The notes beneath the pieces are model-generated. The model saw nothing but the letters and a program-made list of their open reading frames with translations. It made no database searches and was not told where the DNA came from. A program made the translations under genes and the position numbers. A stretch of 64,000 bases of DNA, from contig JAYFNY010000012.1 in assembly GCA_034933205.1 (NCBI GenBank), positions 10,671-74,670 on the forward strand, in the 5' to 3' direction. Each line of letters starts with the position of its first letter. The stretch's first letter is position 1. Below, piece after piece: positions 10,071 to 20,415 of the stretch. The stretch is from Eubacteriales bacterium. Its GTDB lineage: Bacteria > Bacillota > Clostridia > Christensenellales > CAG-138.

Positions 10071-10637
10071 ATGAGAAAAAAAGCGTCTGTCATGATTGGT
10101 CTGGTCATGATTTTTACGTTGCTTCTGTCCGCCTGCACGACAGCTCCGGCTGCTGCGGAAACCACAGCTGTTCCCTCTGCTGTGGAAACCACGCCTGTTC
10201 CCGCGGAAACCACCGCCGAGCTGTCGTTTTCGGTCGATACGCTGACAGGGGATACGATCGATGAAACGATCATCACCGGGCATAAGCTGACGATGGTGAA
10301 CTACTGGGCGACTTGGTGCGGCCCATGCGTCAGTGAGATTCCCGATTTGGTGAAGATCAGCGAAGAATATGCGGATAAGGATTTCGCGCTGATCGGCGTG
10401 CTTTCCGGGGACAACGATATCGACGGCGCAAAAGAATTTATTGCCGACCAGAACGTTTCGTATCCAATCGTACTGCCGCAGGCGTTTTTCAGCGATCATG
10501 CGGGCGATATCTATGCGATTCCCACCACAATGTTCTTCGACTCGGAAGGAAACCAGGTTGGCGATACGGTCGTCGGATCGAAAAGCTATGAGGATTGGGC
10601 CGGATTAATCGATTTGCTGCTCGGCCAGGAGGACTGA
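10071..10637 (+). CDS. TlpA/ResA-family thiol-disulfide oxidoreductase lipoprotein
   Basis: Lipobox LLLSAC, an ETT-rich linker and the thioredoxin motif WATWCGPC. Confidence 0.85.
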   Translation: MRKKASVMIGLVMIFTLLLSACTTAPAAAETTAVPSAVETTPVPAETTAELSFSVDTLTGDTIDETIITGHKLTMVNYWATWCGPCVSEIPDLVKISEEYADKDFALIGVLSGDNDIDGAKEFIADQNVSYPIVLPQAFFSDHAGDIYAIPTTMFFDSEGNQVGDTVVGSKSYEDWAGLIDLLLGQED

Positions 10638-10780
10638 TGAAAGCGATAGGACGCGCGTTGCCGTATCTGCTGATTGCGCTTGGCGCAATTTTGATTCTGA
10701 TCGGCATATGGGGCGGCGAGGTCGCCGTTGTATTTTCACGCGCGATCAATATCTGTCTGGAGTGCATTGGAATTGGCTAA
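10637..10780 (+). CDS. Small membrane CXXC-motif protein (CD1871A-like)
   Basis: 47 aa: MKAIGRALPYLLIALGAILILIGIWGGE...INICLECIGIG. ATG overlaps the TlpA stop (TGATG). Family name is from recollection. Confidence 0.6.
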   Translation: MKAIGRALPYLLIALGAILILIGIWGGEVAVVFSRAINICLECIGIG

Positions 10781-11681
10781 AAAAGGTTATCGAAAAAATG
10801 AATTCCGGCATGTCGTTCAGGGCGCGTGGACGGTCATTTCCAACGGGTACCTTGTTGGATTTCTGAAAGGGCGAATCTGGCAGGGCGATACGAAGGCCGT
10901 ATGCGTTCCGGGATTGAATTGTTACTCCTGCCCGGGCGCCTTCGGTGCCTGCCCGATTGGTTCGCTGCAGGCGGAGCTGGCCGCACGCGACATTAAGTTT
11001 CCGTATTATGTGGTCGGGTTCCTGCTTGCGTTCGGCGCGGTGTTCGGCCGGTTTGTCTGCGGATTTCTTTGTCCGTTCGGGCTGGTGCAGGATCTGCTCT
11101 ACAAGATTCGGTCGAAAAAGATCGGTAAATTTCAACTGGACCGTCCGCTGCGATATCTGAAGTATGCTGTCCTAGTGGTGCTGGTGATTCTGCTGCCCGC
11201 GTTGATTCAGAACGACGCCGGAACCGGTACGCCGTGGTTCTGCAAATGGGTTTGTCCTTCCGGCACGCTCTTTGCGGGGATTCCGCTCCTTTTGGCGAAC
11301 CCGGGTCTCCGGGAACTGGCGGGCTTTATTTTCAGCTGGAAAATGGGAATCCTGCTATTGGTTCTGGCCTTATCCGTGTTTCTTTACAGGCCGTTTTGCA
11401 AGTACCTTTGTCCGCTCGGCGCCGCCTATGCCCTGTTTAACAAAGCATCGCTCTATCGCCTGCGGCTCGACGAATCCGCCTGTACTCACTGCGGAACGTG
11501 CAGTCGCGTCTGTAAAATGGGCGTTGACGCTTCCCGGACACCGAACGACATGGAATGCATCCGGTGTGGAGATTGTGTGAAGAATTGTCCAACAAAAGCG
11601 CTGAGCGCCGGATTCTGTTTCGGTAAAAAACCGAATCCGGATCAAGTGGAAGAACAAATCGAGCAGAAAATACAGGAATAA
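10773..11681 (+). CDS. Integral-membrane 4Fe-4S binding protein (NapH/MauN-like)
   Basis: Cys-rich N-terminal region (CYSCPGAFGACP), several TM spans and two ferredoxin motifs, CTHCGTCSRVC and CIRCGDCVKNCP. The start is uncertain: TTG at 10773 after GGAG, or ATG at 10728 which overlaps the previous gene. Confidence 0.8.
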   Translation: MAKKGYRKNEFRHVVQGAWTVISNGYLVGFLKGRIWQGDTKAVCVPGLNCYSCPGAFGACPIGSLQAELAARDIKFPYYVVGFLLAFGAVFGRFVCGFLCPFGLVQDLLYKIRSKKIGKFQLDRPLRYLKYAVLVVLVILLPALIQNDAGTGTPWFCKWVCPSGTLFAGIPLLLANPGLRELAGFIFSWKMGILLLVLALSVFLYRPFCKYLCPLGAAYALFNKASLYRLRLDESACTHCGTCSRVCKMGVDASRTPNDMECIRCGDCVKNCPTKALSAGFCFGKKPNPDQVEEQIEQKIQE

Positions 11682-11696
11682 GGATTCAACAATAAA

Positions 11697-11736
11697 GAAA
11701 CGCGGCTTTTTATTTTGAGCAAGCCGCGTTCTTTTC
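11697..11736. terminator. Hairpin between convergent genes (bidirectional terminator candidate)
   Basis: 10-bp stem AACGCGGCTT/AAGCCGCGTT with T-runs on both sides. Confidence 0.55.
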
Positions 11737-11741
11737 TTGCG

Positions 11742-13007
11742 TTATTTTTCCAACGTGTCGATTTTCGCACCATATAGGCCGAACAATGCAACGGTATTCT
11801 CCTTCTTTTTACTGAGGGGCTTCTCTTCATTGGGAAACGAGAAACGTCCGTCGCTGATGATTTCGAGGCTTTCGCCTGCAGCCAGCGTGACCCCGTCCGG
11901 AAATTGCAGCGTTGCGCCGGAGCGCTCGGAAACAAGAACACATCCGGAAAGATCGGCGATTTCGGAGCCAAGATTGATCAGCGTGACGGACTGCCGGTCG
12001 GTATCGATGGATTGGATGGCAACCCCTGGCGGCGTTGTTCTGTCGGTTGGATTCGATACCAAAAGGTTGCCGGAAGAATCCTGCGTAATCAGAATGCCGA
12101 TCGGGAAGTCCTGCGTAACATAGACGTCGGCTCTGCCTAGCGCGGAAAGGACGAGTGGATTGGCGCTGTCCGCATCGACAGAGGTGTCTGTGGAAATAAC
12201 CGCAAGGGATGGGGAGACCAAGGCGGCAAAATCGGCGCCTGTCGCGTCGGGGTTACCATGATTGCCTACCTTGATTAGATCGCTTTTAAGATCAACGCCG
12301 GAATCGATCAGCGTTTGTTCTTCGGCAAACTGCATGTCACCGGTAAAGAGGAATGTTTTACCGTGATAGGAAAATTGAAGGATAAGGGAATTGTCATTGT
12401 CGTCATCCTGGTTCGGAACAAGAGGGCCGAGAACGGAGAAAGTAACGCCTTTTGCCACTTCGACGGTTTCGCCGGGTTTCAGTTCCGTGTGGTTCAAGCC
12501 GAGCATTTCAGCTCGCTTAACGATTTTCCCCAAACCACTCTTGGTCATATCCGCATAATAGGGAGAATAGACGACGGGGATCGTATAGTTCGCGGCGAGC
12601 GAGGCAAGCCCACCGATATGGTCACTGTGGCTATGGGTCAGGAAAACCGCTGAAATATTGTGTACATTCAGCGCATTTAGCCCTGCAAGAAGATTGGGAA
12701 CGGATTCTTCCGACCCGGTATCGATCAGAACGGCGGTTTGTCCAAAGCGGAGGACGGCCGCATCCGCTTTTCCGACGTTGACGAACAGAATGGCAAAATC
12801 TTCCGTAATAGGCAGTTCAGCCGACAAAGCGGCGGACGCTTCCTGGTTAGCGGCAGCGGTTGGGCCCGGTGTGGCGAGCGCTTCTATTTGAATCGGGTCG
12901 TCGTCCGGCAAGGGTTCGGTTTCAGCCTGCCCGCCGCATGCGGCCAAAGCAAGCGAGCAGAATAAAACAAGAAAAAAACGGAATGATCGGCAAATTTGAT
13001 GTTTCAT
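11742..13007 (-). CDS. MBL-fold hydrolase lipoprotein (ComEC C-terminal-like) with C-terminal lamin-tail-like domain
   Basis: Lipobox LALAACGG at the start, taken as ATG 13007. HxHxDH motif FLTHSHSDHIGG. The C-terminal ~110 aa (SVTLINLG...DLSGCVLVSERSG..LQFPDGVTLAAGESLEI) resembles an LTD. Confidence 0.8.
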   Translation of the reverse strand: MKHQICRSFRFFLVLFCSLALAACGGQAETEPLPDDDPIQIEALATPGPTAAANQEASAALSAELPITEDFAILFVNVGKADAAVLRFGQTAVLIDTGSEESVPNLLAGLNALNVHNISAVFLTHSHSDHIGGLASLAANYTIPVVYSPYYADMTKSGLGKIVKRAEMLGLNHTELKPGETVEVAKGVTFSVLGPLVPNQDDDNDNSLILQFSYHGKTFLFTGDMQFAEEQTLIDSGVDLKSDLIKVGNHGNPDATGADFAALVSPSLAVISTDTSVDADSANPLVLSALGRADVYVTQDFPIGILITQDSSGNLLVSNPTDRTTPPGVAIQSIDTDRQSVTLINLGSEIADLSGCVLVSERSGATLQFPDGVTLAAGESLEIISDGRFSFPNEEKPLSKKKENTVALFGLYGAKIDTLEK

Positions 13008-13209
13008 ATTCCGATTATAGAGTTTACCGAAAAGGAAATGCAAACATATTGCGGCGGACTGCGTGGCAATTCTGTTTCCGTTACGTGAAAACGGCGTGAA
13101 TTTCTCAATTTGAAACGCGGAATTCTGTGAAAAAGAAGCGTTCAATCGTTGAAAATTATGCTATACTTGCGAAATGCGGACATGATCGGCCGCAGACGCG
13201 GAGGTACCT

Positions 13210-14250
13210 ATGCTGTATAACTTCATGAACGATTATAACGAATGCGCGCATGAGCGGATTCTCGAAGCAATTTCCGAGGCGAATCGGGAACAGGACAATT
13301 CTTACGGCCTCGATACACGCTGCGAGCGGGCGCGTAACCTGATTCAAAAGGCGATTGGGAACCCGGAGAGCGACGTTCAATTTCTGGTTGGCGGAACACA
13401 GACGAATACGACGGTAATCGTAGCCAGTCTAAAGCCGTACCAGGGTGTCATCGCAGCCGTCAGTGGGCACATCAACGTTCATGAAACCGGGGCGATCGAG
13501 GCGACGGGACATAAAGTGCTTGTTCTTCCGACGCCGAATGGAAAAATCACCGCGGAACAAATCGAACAAAGCGTCCGCGCGCATTATGAAGACTCAACGG
13601 CGGAGCACATGGTGCAACCGGGCATGGTGTATTTGTCGCATCCAACCGAGGTTGGCACGATTTATCAAAAGAATGAACTGATCGCTATTTGGAATGTCTG
13701 CCAAAAATACGATATGCGGCTCTATATCGACGGCGCGCGGCTTGGAACGGCTTTGGTGGCGCGGGGGGCGGACATTACGCTGAACGATCTGTCTAAGTAT
13801 ACAAGCGCGTTTTCGATTGGCGGCACAAAACTCGGAGCGTTATTCGGCGAGGCGGTCGTGCTGAACGATTCGTCGCTGAAAAAAGATTTTCGGTATCATA
13901 TCAAGCAACGCGGGGGAATGTTTGCAAAGGGACGCCTTCTCGGAATTCAGTTTGAAACGTTTTTTACGGATGGCTTGTACTTTGAAATCGCTCGGCATTC
14001 CGTTTTGCAGGCGGAGCGGATTTCGGAAGGCCTTCGGAAGCGTGGATATCGCTTGTTTGTGGATTCGCCAACGAATCAGGTTTTCGCCATTCTGCCAAAG
14101 AGTGCAATCGAACAAATCTCCGAATCGTTCGGATACTCCTTCTGGCAAGCGTTCGACGAAGAAAACGACGTTGTTCGCTTCTGTACCTCTTGGGCGACTC
14201 CGCCGCAAATGGTGGACGCGCTGCTCGATCGTATTCCGCTGAAAAAATAA
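13210..14250 (+). CDS. PLP-dependent threonine aldolase / beta-eliminating lyase family protein
   Basis: 346 aa. The FLVGGTQTN and SIGGTKLGA (candidate PLP-lysine) regions resemble the low-specificity threonine aldolase family. Confidence 0.8.
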   Translation: MLYNFMNDYNECAHERILEAISEANREQDNSYGLDTRCERARNLIQKAIGNPESDVQFLVGGTQTNTTVIVASLKPYQGVIAAVSGHINVHETGAIEATGHKVLVLPTPNGKITAEQIEQSVRAHYEDSTAEHMVQPGMVYLSHPTEVGTIYQKNELIAIWNVCQKYDMRLYIDGARLGTALVARGADITLNDLSKYTSAFSIGGTKLGALFGEAVVLNDSSLKKDFRYHIKQRGGMFAKGRLLGIQFETFFTDGLYFEIARHSVLQAERISEGLRKRGYRLFVDSPTNQVFAILPKSAIEQISESFGYSFWQAFDEENDVVRFCTSWATPPQMVDALLDRIPLKK

Positions 14251-14406
14251 TCCGGCGAAGAAGCGCAAGCTTCTTTCCGTACAGTGACCAGCCTAACTTT
14301 ATGGGGCTGGAGGATTCGCATATTCCTCATTTTATCCAAAAACAAAACCCATCGAAATAGTCCGCAGGACTTTACCGATGGGTGGAAAGAGGCGCAGGCC
14401 TCTTTT

Positions 14407-15090
14407 TTATTGTGCGCTTTCCGTGTAAATAGAGTTGCCTGTCGCGGTACCCGTCTTTCGAGGACCGAAAATGCGCCAGAAAAGCAGAGAAAGAACCAAT
14501 CCTTCCAGGCAAAGGTTGATGGTCCTGCGGATAAGCTGGTAATCTTCACAGTATGCGTGAAGGATCGCGTCCGCGGCACTGAGTACGACTGCAGAAACGA
14601 GAAGCAGTGAAATATTTCGCTTTGAGAAGAATTTATGCAATGGGATATTGGGAAAAAGCAGCTTGAAAATCAACGCAAATAGACCAAAGAGCAGAATGGC
14701 ATGTAGAAAAACGCCAAATACGGGCTGCATAATGGAGCCGAGCGCTGGAAAAAGAAGGTTAATAAAGAAAAGCACCGACTTTCCAAGGATCCAGAATGGC
14801 AACAATAGGATGCCACGCAAAACGGAAGTCTGCGACAGAAAGAATTTTCGTAAGCGATCGCGCCGCCGCTCGATTCTTGCAGACGCGACAAATTGGGCTT
14901 CGCTGCCGTTCTTGGTTTGTTCGGCGGGCAGCACTTCTACAATCGGCGCCGTTTGCGAGATGCCGCCGAACAGGTCGCCGGGTGAAGTGACGAACAAGCT
15001 GAGCGTGACGGAGCAGGCGATGGTCAACGCAAGGCCGATGGCGAGGACTTTCCTGCTGAATCGATTCGGTTTCGAATTATCTTTCATCAT
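14407..15090 (-). CDS. Hypothetical membrane protein
   Basis: 227 aa with 5-6 hydrophobic spans and no recognisable motif. Confidence 0.5.
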   Translation of the reverse strand: MMKDNSKPNRFSRKVLAIGLALTIACSVTLSLFVTSPGDLFGGISQTAPIVEVLPAEQTKNGSEAQFVASARIERRRDRLRKFFLSQTSVLRGILLLPFWILGKSVLFFINLLFPALGSIMQPVFGVFLHAILLFGLFALIFKLLFPNIPLHKFFSKRNISLLLVSAVVLSAADAILHAYCEDYQLIRRTINLCLEGLVLSLLFWRIFGPRKTGTATGNSIYTESAQ

Positions 15091-15146
15091 GCGCGTATTT
15101 TACACGTTTGCCTGCGGGAATGCAACCGTGCCGCATTTGTCGCATA

Positions 15147-15178
15147 GAAAAAAGTACCCCGTTTCGCAACGGGGTACT
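15147..15178 (-). terminator. Rho-independent terminator after rpsI
   Basis: 11-bp stem AGTACCCCGTT/AACGGGGTACT with a 4-nt loop, followed by TTTTTT on the minus strand. Confidence 0.75.
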
Positions 15179-15208
15179 GATTTTGCGGTTGTGAGATAAC
15201 AACAAAAA

Positions 15209-15601
15209 TTATCTCTTGCTGAACTGGGGCGCTCTGCGGGCTGCATGCAGACCGTACTTTTTGCGCTCCTTCATGCGCGGATCGCGCGTGAGGTATCCGG
15301 CCTTTTTCAGGGCGGGACGAAGCCCGGGTTCCGCAACGAGCAGTGCGCGGGCGATACCATGACGGATCGCGCCGGCCTGGCCGGTGGTGCCGCCACCGTA
15401 AACGTTGACGAACACATCGTACTTCGAGAGCGTATCGGTAAGGGTCAGCGGTGCGCGGACGATCATTTTGAGCGTTTCCATGCCAAAGTAACTGTCCAGT
15501 TCGCGTTTATTGATCGTGATGTTGCCGCTGCCGGGGAGCAACCGAACGCGGGCAATGGACATTTTGCGTCTGCCGGTGCCAAGATATTGCGTAATTGCCA
15601 T
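15209..15601 (-). CDS. rpsI: 30S ribosomal protein S9
   Basis: 130 aa ending ...RRAPQFSKR, with the [18 protein letters not shown] core. Confidence 0.97.
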   Translation of the reverse strand: MAITQYLGTGRRKMSIARVRLLPGSGNITINKRELDSYFGMETLKMIVRAPLTLTDTLSKYDVFVNVYGGGTTGQAGAIRHGIARALLVAEPGLRPALKKAGYLTRDPRMKERKKYGLHAARRAPQFSKR

Positions 15602-15619
15602 GTTCTGTTTCTCCTTTCG

Positions 15620-16051
15620 TTATTTCAGCGTAAGCGGCTGTGGCTGCTGAGCCGCGTTGTTATGCTCGGGGCCGGCGTAAATGCGCAGCTTTTTGAGCAT
15701 CTGATCGCCGAGCGGGCCTTTCGGCATCATGCGGCGAATCGATTCATATACGGCAAACTCCGGCTTGGTGGCAAGCAGGGCGCGGTAGCTGATCTCGCGA
15801 ATGCCGCCCGGGAAACCGGTATGATGGATATACTTCTTCTGATCAAGCTTTTTACCCGTCAGGCGAACCTTCGCGGCGTTCACGATGATCACGTGATCGC
15901 CGGTGTCGACATGCGGGGTGTATATAGGCTTATGCTTACCTCTGAGAATAGCTGCCACTTGCGAAGAGAGACGGCCAAGAACCATGTCCTTCGCATCCAC
16001 AACGTACCAGCTGCGCTCAACGGTTTCGCCTTTTGCCATATAGGATTTCAT
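15620..16051 (-). CDS. rplM: 50S ribosomal protein L13
   Basis: Starts [20 protein letters not shown] with GGAGGA upstream of ATG 16051; the ORF-track extension to 16198 is spurious. Conserved rplM-rpsI order. Confidence 0.97.
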   Translation of the reverse strand: MKSYMAKGETVERSWYVVDAKDMVLGRLSSQVAAILRGKHKPIYTPHVDTGDHVIIVNAAKVRLTGKKLDQKKYIHHTGFPGGIREISYRALLATKPEFAVYESIRRMMPKGPLGDQMLKKLRIYAGPEHNNAAQQPQPLTLK

Positions 16052-16228
16052 GGCGATTCCTCCAAATATAATTTTCTGAAACCTGTGAACGAAAATTGTG
16101 TAATTGAGCGCTCGTTGCCGGGGCTGTGGCAGCTCTCGACCCAATGGCACAACGAATAGTTTAACAAACGGCAGGGGTGGTGTCAACCCATAAATCAATC
16201 ACCGCGGGGCGTTTTTTCCAATCCGCGA

Positions 16229-17365
16229 TCAGAATAATCCGCTATAGATCTTTACAACCGTGTCCGCCCAGGCTGTAAGCGAGTAAGTCTGTATGACGCG
16301 CTCCCTCGCAAGGGCAAGCGCATCGGCTTTGTCCGGGGAGTCCGGCTCGTTTAGTGTGCGGCGAATCGCCCGCGCGAGCGCCTCTTCGTCATTCGGATCA
16401 AAGAAGGATTCCTCGGGCAAAGCAAGGTCCTTCTGCGCGTCAATGGCGCTGGCAAGAACCGGCGTTTGGCAGTATGCCGCTTCGACCAGCGAATAGCAGA
16501 AGCCCTCCTCCCGGCTGGGGGAGAAAAACAGATCCGCAAGCCGGTAATAGCTGCCAACGTCGCTTCTTGGCGGCAATAGGAGAACCCAGCTTGGCAGGCA
16601 GGTTTCGTGAAGCTGCGCGAGGATTGCCTGCTCGACTTGCTCTCTGCGGGAGGAAAGTACGATTGCCAGCGTAATATTTTCGCCTGATGCGCGGAGGGAA
16701 CGAACCGCCTCCACGGCAAGATCGACGCCTTTGCGAAGATAGTCGAATCCGAACATCATCGCTACACGATCCTCCGGGCAGGTGCCGATTTCACTTTTGG
16801 AAAGGGGAACGAACGTATCGAGCCGTTCGAACGCGATGGCGTTTTCGGCGATACAGACCCGCTCTTTGGAAACGCCGTCCGAAATCAGATGCGAAGCGAC
16901 GGATCGGCTGCAGCATACGAAGCGTGATACGAAGGCAAGATACATGCGCTGGGGGAGCGCACGAAAAAAATCTTTGGGAATCGCAAGATGGTTATGCAGA
17001 TGCAGGACGATTTTCACCCGATGTCCGCAGGTGGCGCATGCCAATAGCGCGGCGATCTTTTCCTTATAGTGAATAAAGTGTTCGTGCAGGATATCGGCTT
17101 GCGACTCTTTGAGTATCCGGCGGATTTGATGGAAATAGGCGAAAAAACCCTCCTTCTCGATGATATAAACATTACTATTTTCCCGCACCATCCGGTTTGC
17201 CCAATCGGTATCGCCGGTACGGCGGGGGAAAACGCAAAACATCTCGCATTCGTCTGTCTGCAGCCGCAATTCCAGCGCGCGAAGAGACGCGACAAAGTTG
17301 CCTTCGTAGGGCGCGCCGTAGTCGGTCAGATGGAGAATGCTTGGATGGCGGGGCTTTTTACTCAT
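16229..17365 (-). CDS. Glycosyltransferase family 4 (GT-B fold)
   Basis: 378 aa with a C-terminal E-x7-E region (PSREEGFCYSLVEA). Confidence 0.8.
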   Translation of the reverse strand: MSKKPRHPSILHLTDYGAPYEGNFVASLRALELRLQTDECEMFCVFPRRTGDTDWANRMVRENSNVYIIEKEGFFAYFHQIRRILKESQADILHEHFIHYKEKIAALLACATCGHRVKIVLHLHNHLAIPKDFFRALPQRMYLAFVSRFVCCSRSVASHLISDGVSKERVCIAENAIAFERLDTFVPLSKSEIGTCPEDRVAMMFGFDYLRKGVDLAVEAVRSLRASGENITLAIVLSSRREQVEQAILAQLHETCLPSWVLLLPPRSDVGSYYRLADLFFSPSREEGFCYSLVEAAYCQTPVLASAIDAQKDLALPEESFFDPNDEEALARAIRRTLNEPDSPDKADALALARERVIQTYSLTAWADTVVKIYSGLF

Positions 17366-17621
17366 TGAATTCTGCCTTTCGTGCGTTGGAAATGATTCGG
17401 CTTTATTATACAGGACGCGGGCCGTTTATCTCAACCGGTATCTGCGGGGAATGCCGGCCATCCTTGACGGATTTTCGATAGAGCGAGTAAAACATCCGTT
17501 GTTCCAGGCGGGAACGAGATCTGAAAAATGAATATATCATAGATTCGTGCTTTCCATGGGAAACTTTGTCCAAAAAAGTATGGTATAGTTAATTTATCAA
17601 GTTAAGGAGGGGATTCTGAAG

Positions 17622-19307
17622 ATGCTACGTAAACTCACTGTGTTCCTGCTGGTGTTCCTGCTTGCATTCTCGTTTGCCTGTAAAGCAAAAACTGCAGAAC
17701 CCGCCGTCGCAGAAGTGACCGCTACACCTGAACTTACTCCCGAACCTGCGCTGGATCAGGATCTGGCGATCCTGTATACCAACGATGTGCACTGCACCGT
17801 GGACAGCGGAATTGGCTATGCCGGGGTGGCTGCGCTCAAACAGCAGCTGCTGGACGAAGGGTGCTATGTCGCTCTTGTTGACGCCGGAGACGCCGTTCAG
17901 GGAGATGCCATCGGAACCCTCTCAAAGGGCAGCTACATCATCGATATTATGAATGAGGTTGGATATGATGTGGCGACACCGGGCAATCACGAATTCGATT
18001 ATGGCATGGATCGCTTTTTTGAACTGCGTGATATGGCGAAATTTCCGTATGTTTCCGCAAACTTCACAGACCTTGCCACGGGGGAACCCGTGCTGGAACC
18101 GTATACCATGCTTACGTTCAACGGTATGAAGGTCGCGTTTGTCGGCGTGAGCACGCCAATGACGATCACGTCTTCAACGCCCGCTTACTTTCAGGATGCA
18201 AGCGGGAACTTCATCTATGGTTTTGGCCAGAAGGACGGTGCGGAAGGCTTCTATTCGACCGTGCAAAAGGCGGTTGACGCGGCGCTTGCAAACGGTGCGG
18301 CTTACGTAATTACCCTGACCCACCTGGGCATTGACGCGTCCACCTCGCCTTACACATCCAGCGAACTCATTGAAAACACGCGGGGGATCAATGTGGTCAT
18401 CGACGGACATTCCCACAGTGTAGTCGAGTGCGAGCGGGTAAAAAATCTGGACGGTGAACGCGTTCTGCTCACACAGACCGGTACCAAGCTGAATGCCGTC
18501 GGAATGCTGTACATTACGAAAGATGGGAGCATATCCACCGGACTTATTACCGATTACACAGAGAAGGACGCGCAGACCGAAGCTTATATTGCGCAAATTC
18601 AGGCGCAGTTCGACGAACTGCTCAACGAAGTGGTCGCAAAAAGTGAAGTGGACCTGACGATTTTCGAACCGGGAACCGATCCCGCCGTGCGCATCGTGCG
18701 AAACAGCGAAACGAATCTGGGCGACCTCTGCGCGGACGCTTATCGTTATCTTTCCGGCGCGGATATCGCCTTTGTCAACGGCGGCGGCGTTCGGACCGAC
18801 CTTGCAAAAGGGGATATTACCTACGGGGCCATCATCAAGGTGCATCCGTTTGGAAACGAATTGTGCATGGTTGAGGCAACCGGACAGGAGATTCTGGATG
18901 CTTTGGAGATGGGCGCTCGTGTAACGCCGGAAGAAAACGGCGGTTTCCTGCAGGTTTCCGGATTGAGCTATGAGATCCATACCTATGTTCCTTCGTCGGT
19001 CAAGCTGGATGAAAATAACATGTTTGTCAGCGTAGACGGCGAATATCGCGTGAAAAATGTGATGGTTGGCGGCGAACCGCTCGATCCGTCGAAAACGTAT
19101 ACGTTGGCTTGCCATAATTATCTTTTGAAGAACGCCGGGGATGGATACACCATGTTCCAGGATAATACGTTTCTTCTGGATTCCATCATGATCGATAATC
19201 AGGTTCTGATCAACTACATTGTCGGCGGACTTGGCGGCGTAGTTGGCGAGGAATATGCCGATCCGCATGGACAGGGGAGAATCGTTGCGGTGGAAACTGC
19301 TCCGTAA
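17622..19307 (+). CDS. Secreted bifunctional metallophosphatase/5'-nucleotidase
   Basis: Signal/lipobox LLAFSFAC. Motifs NDVHC, DAGDAVQG and GNHEFDYG, followed by a C-terminal 5'-nucleotidase domain. Confidence 0.9.
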   Translation: MLRKLTVFLLVFLLAFSFACKAKTAEPAVAEVTATPELTPEPALDQDLAILYTNDVHCTVDSGIGYAGVAALKQQLLDEGCYVALVDAGDAVQGDAIGTLSKGSYIIDIMNEVGYDVATPGNHEFDYGMDRFFELRDMAKFPYVSANFTDLATGEPVLEPYTMLTFNGMKVAFVGVSTPMTITSSTPAYFQDASGNFIYGFGQKDGAEGFYSTVQKAVDAALANGAAYVITLTHLGIDASTSPYTSSELIENTRGINVVIDGHSHSVVECERVKNLDGERVLLTQTGTKLNAVGMLYITKDGSISTGLITDYTEKDAQTEAYIAQIQAQFDELLNEVVAKSEVDLTIFEPGTDPAVRIVRNSETNLGDLCADAYRYLSGADIAFVNGGGVRTDLAKGDITYGAIIKVHPFGNELCMVEATGQEILDALEMGARVTPEENGGFLQVSGLSYEIHTYVPSSVKLDENNMFVSVDGEYRVKNVMVGGEPLDPSKTYTLACHNYLLKNAGDGYTMFQDNTFLLDSIMIDNQVLINYIVGGLGGVVGEEYADPHGQGRIVAVETAP

Positions 19308-19371
19308 CAGCCGAAAGGAATGCAAAAGCTGGTCGAAGAATCTTCGGTCGGCTTGTTTTTACGACTATAGA

Positions 19372-19770
19372 TCAGATCGTCTTCAACAGATTTAGAAACT
19401 CGCCGAACGGACACACAAACCGCTCAACGGCGGGATGATGATAAAACACGCAGAACGCGTCCGTTCCATCGAACGGGGCGCTTGTTTCCGACCAAAGAAG
19501 GATTCGCTTGTTTTGACTGGTTGCGAGCGCAACGCCGAGTTCGGCATGCGTTCCGAATCGTCCGGGCAGGAGGAGCACGACAAGTTCCGCTTCCGCAACG
19601 CCGCGGGATTCCAGACCGGCGACTTCCCGTTTTCGCTCCGAAGACGTTTTCGACACGTCTCCGTGCTGAGTCCAGTCATAGGTGCGGCTGTGACCGCTTG
19701 CAGTCAATACGCTTGCCGCCCGGTTGACTTTCTCTGCGTTTGTAACGCCGCTGGCAACATAATACTTCAT
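19372..19770 (-). CDS. Nucleoside 2-deoxyribosyltransferase-like protein
   Basis: 132 aa. The GRFGTHAELGVALA segment resembles the catalytic-Glu segment of the NDT/Rcl fold. Sits 6 nt downstream of tdk. Confidence 0.5.
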   Translation of the reverse strand: MKYYVASGVTNAEKVNRAASVLTASGHSRTYDWTQHGDVSKTSSERKREVAGLESRGVAEAELVVLLLPGRFGTHAELGVALATSQNKRILLWSETSAPFDGTDAFCVFYHHPAVERFVCPFGEFLNLLKTI

Positions 19771-19776
19771 AGGCCG

Positions 19777-20415
19777 TTAGTCGTCTTCCTCTTCCGTCAT
19801 TGTGGCGCATATGCCCGGAATCGCACCTTTTTCAAGGTCATCCGTACGTAACCCGGGACCGGGATCGCCTAACATCCAATGCTTGCGGCAAAGCCCGATG
19901 TACTTGTCGCTTGCGCCAAGTACGACCTGCTCGCCGGTTTTCGTAATTCCGCCTTTCCCGTCGAGGCGGGCGTTGTTGGTTGCCTTTTTTCCGCACCAGC
20001 AGATGGTTTTCACTTCTTCAATCGTATCCGCCCGGGCCAGAAGCCGAGCACTTCCGGGGAAGAATTCGCCGCGAAAATCCGTCTTTAGGCCGTAACAGAT
20101 TACAGGAATGTCGTAATCGTCCACGATTGGGAGCAGCAGATCCACCTGATCGGCGCTTAAAAATTGCGCTTCATCAATGATCAGGCAGTCGTATTTTCGG
20201 TCGCGAACGTCGTCCCAATTAATCTGGTCGAAAAGAATACACTCCGCGACTAGCCCGCTGCGCGAGCGAATGGTGTAAACGCCGTCGCGGGTGTCCACTC
20301 CGGGTTTAATTAATAGCGCACTTTTGCAGCGCTCTTTATAGTTATACCAAACCATAATGGCGTTTGCGGTTTTACTGGAACCCATTGCGCCATAACGGAA
20401 GTAAAGCTTTGCCAT
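19777..20415 (-). CDS. tdk: Thymidine kinase
   Basis: P-loop GAMGSSKT, Walker B IIDEAQF and a C-terminal zinc ribbon (CWCG...GLCRKH). Confidence 0.95.
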   Translation of the reverse strand: MAKLYFRYGAMGSSKTANAIMVWYNYKERCKSALLIKPGVDTRDGVYTIRSRSGLVAECILFDQINWDDVRDRKYDCLIIDEAQFLSADQVDLLLPIVDDYDIPVICYGLKTDFRGEFFPGSARLLARADTIEEVKTICWCGKKATNNARLDGKGGITKTGEQVVLGASDKYIGLCRKHWMLGDPGPGLRTDDLEKGAIPGICATMTEEEDD

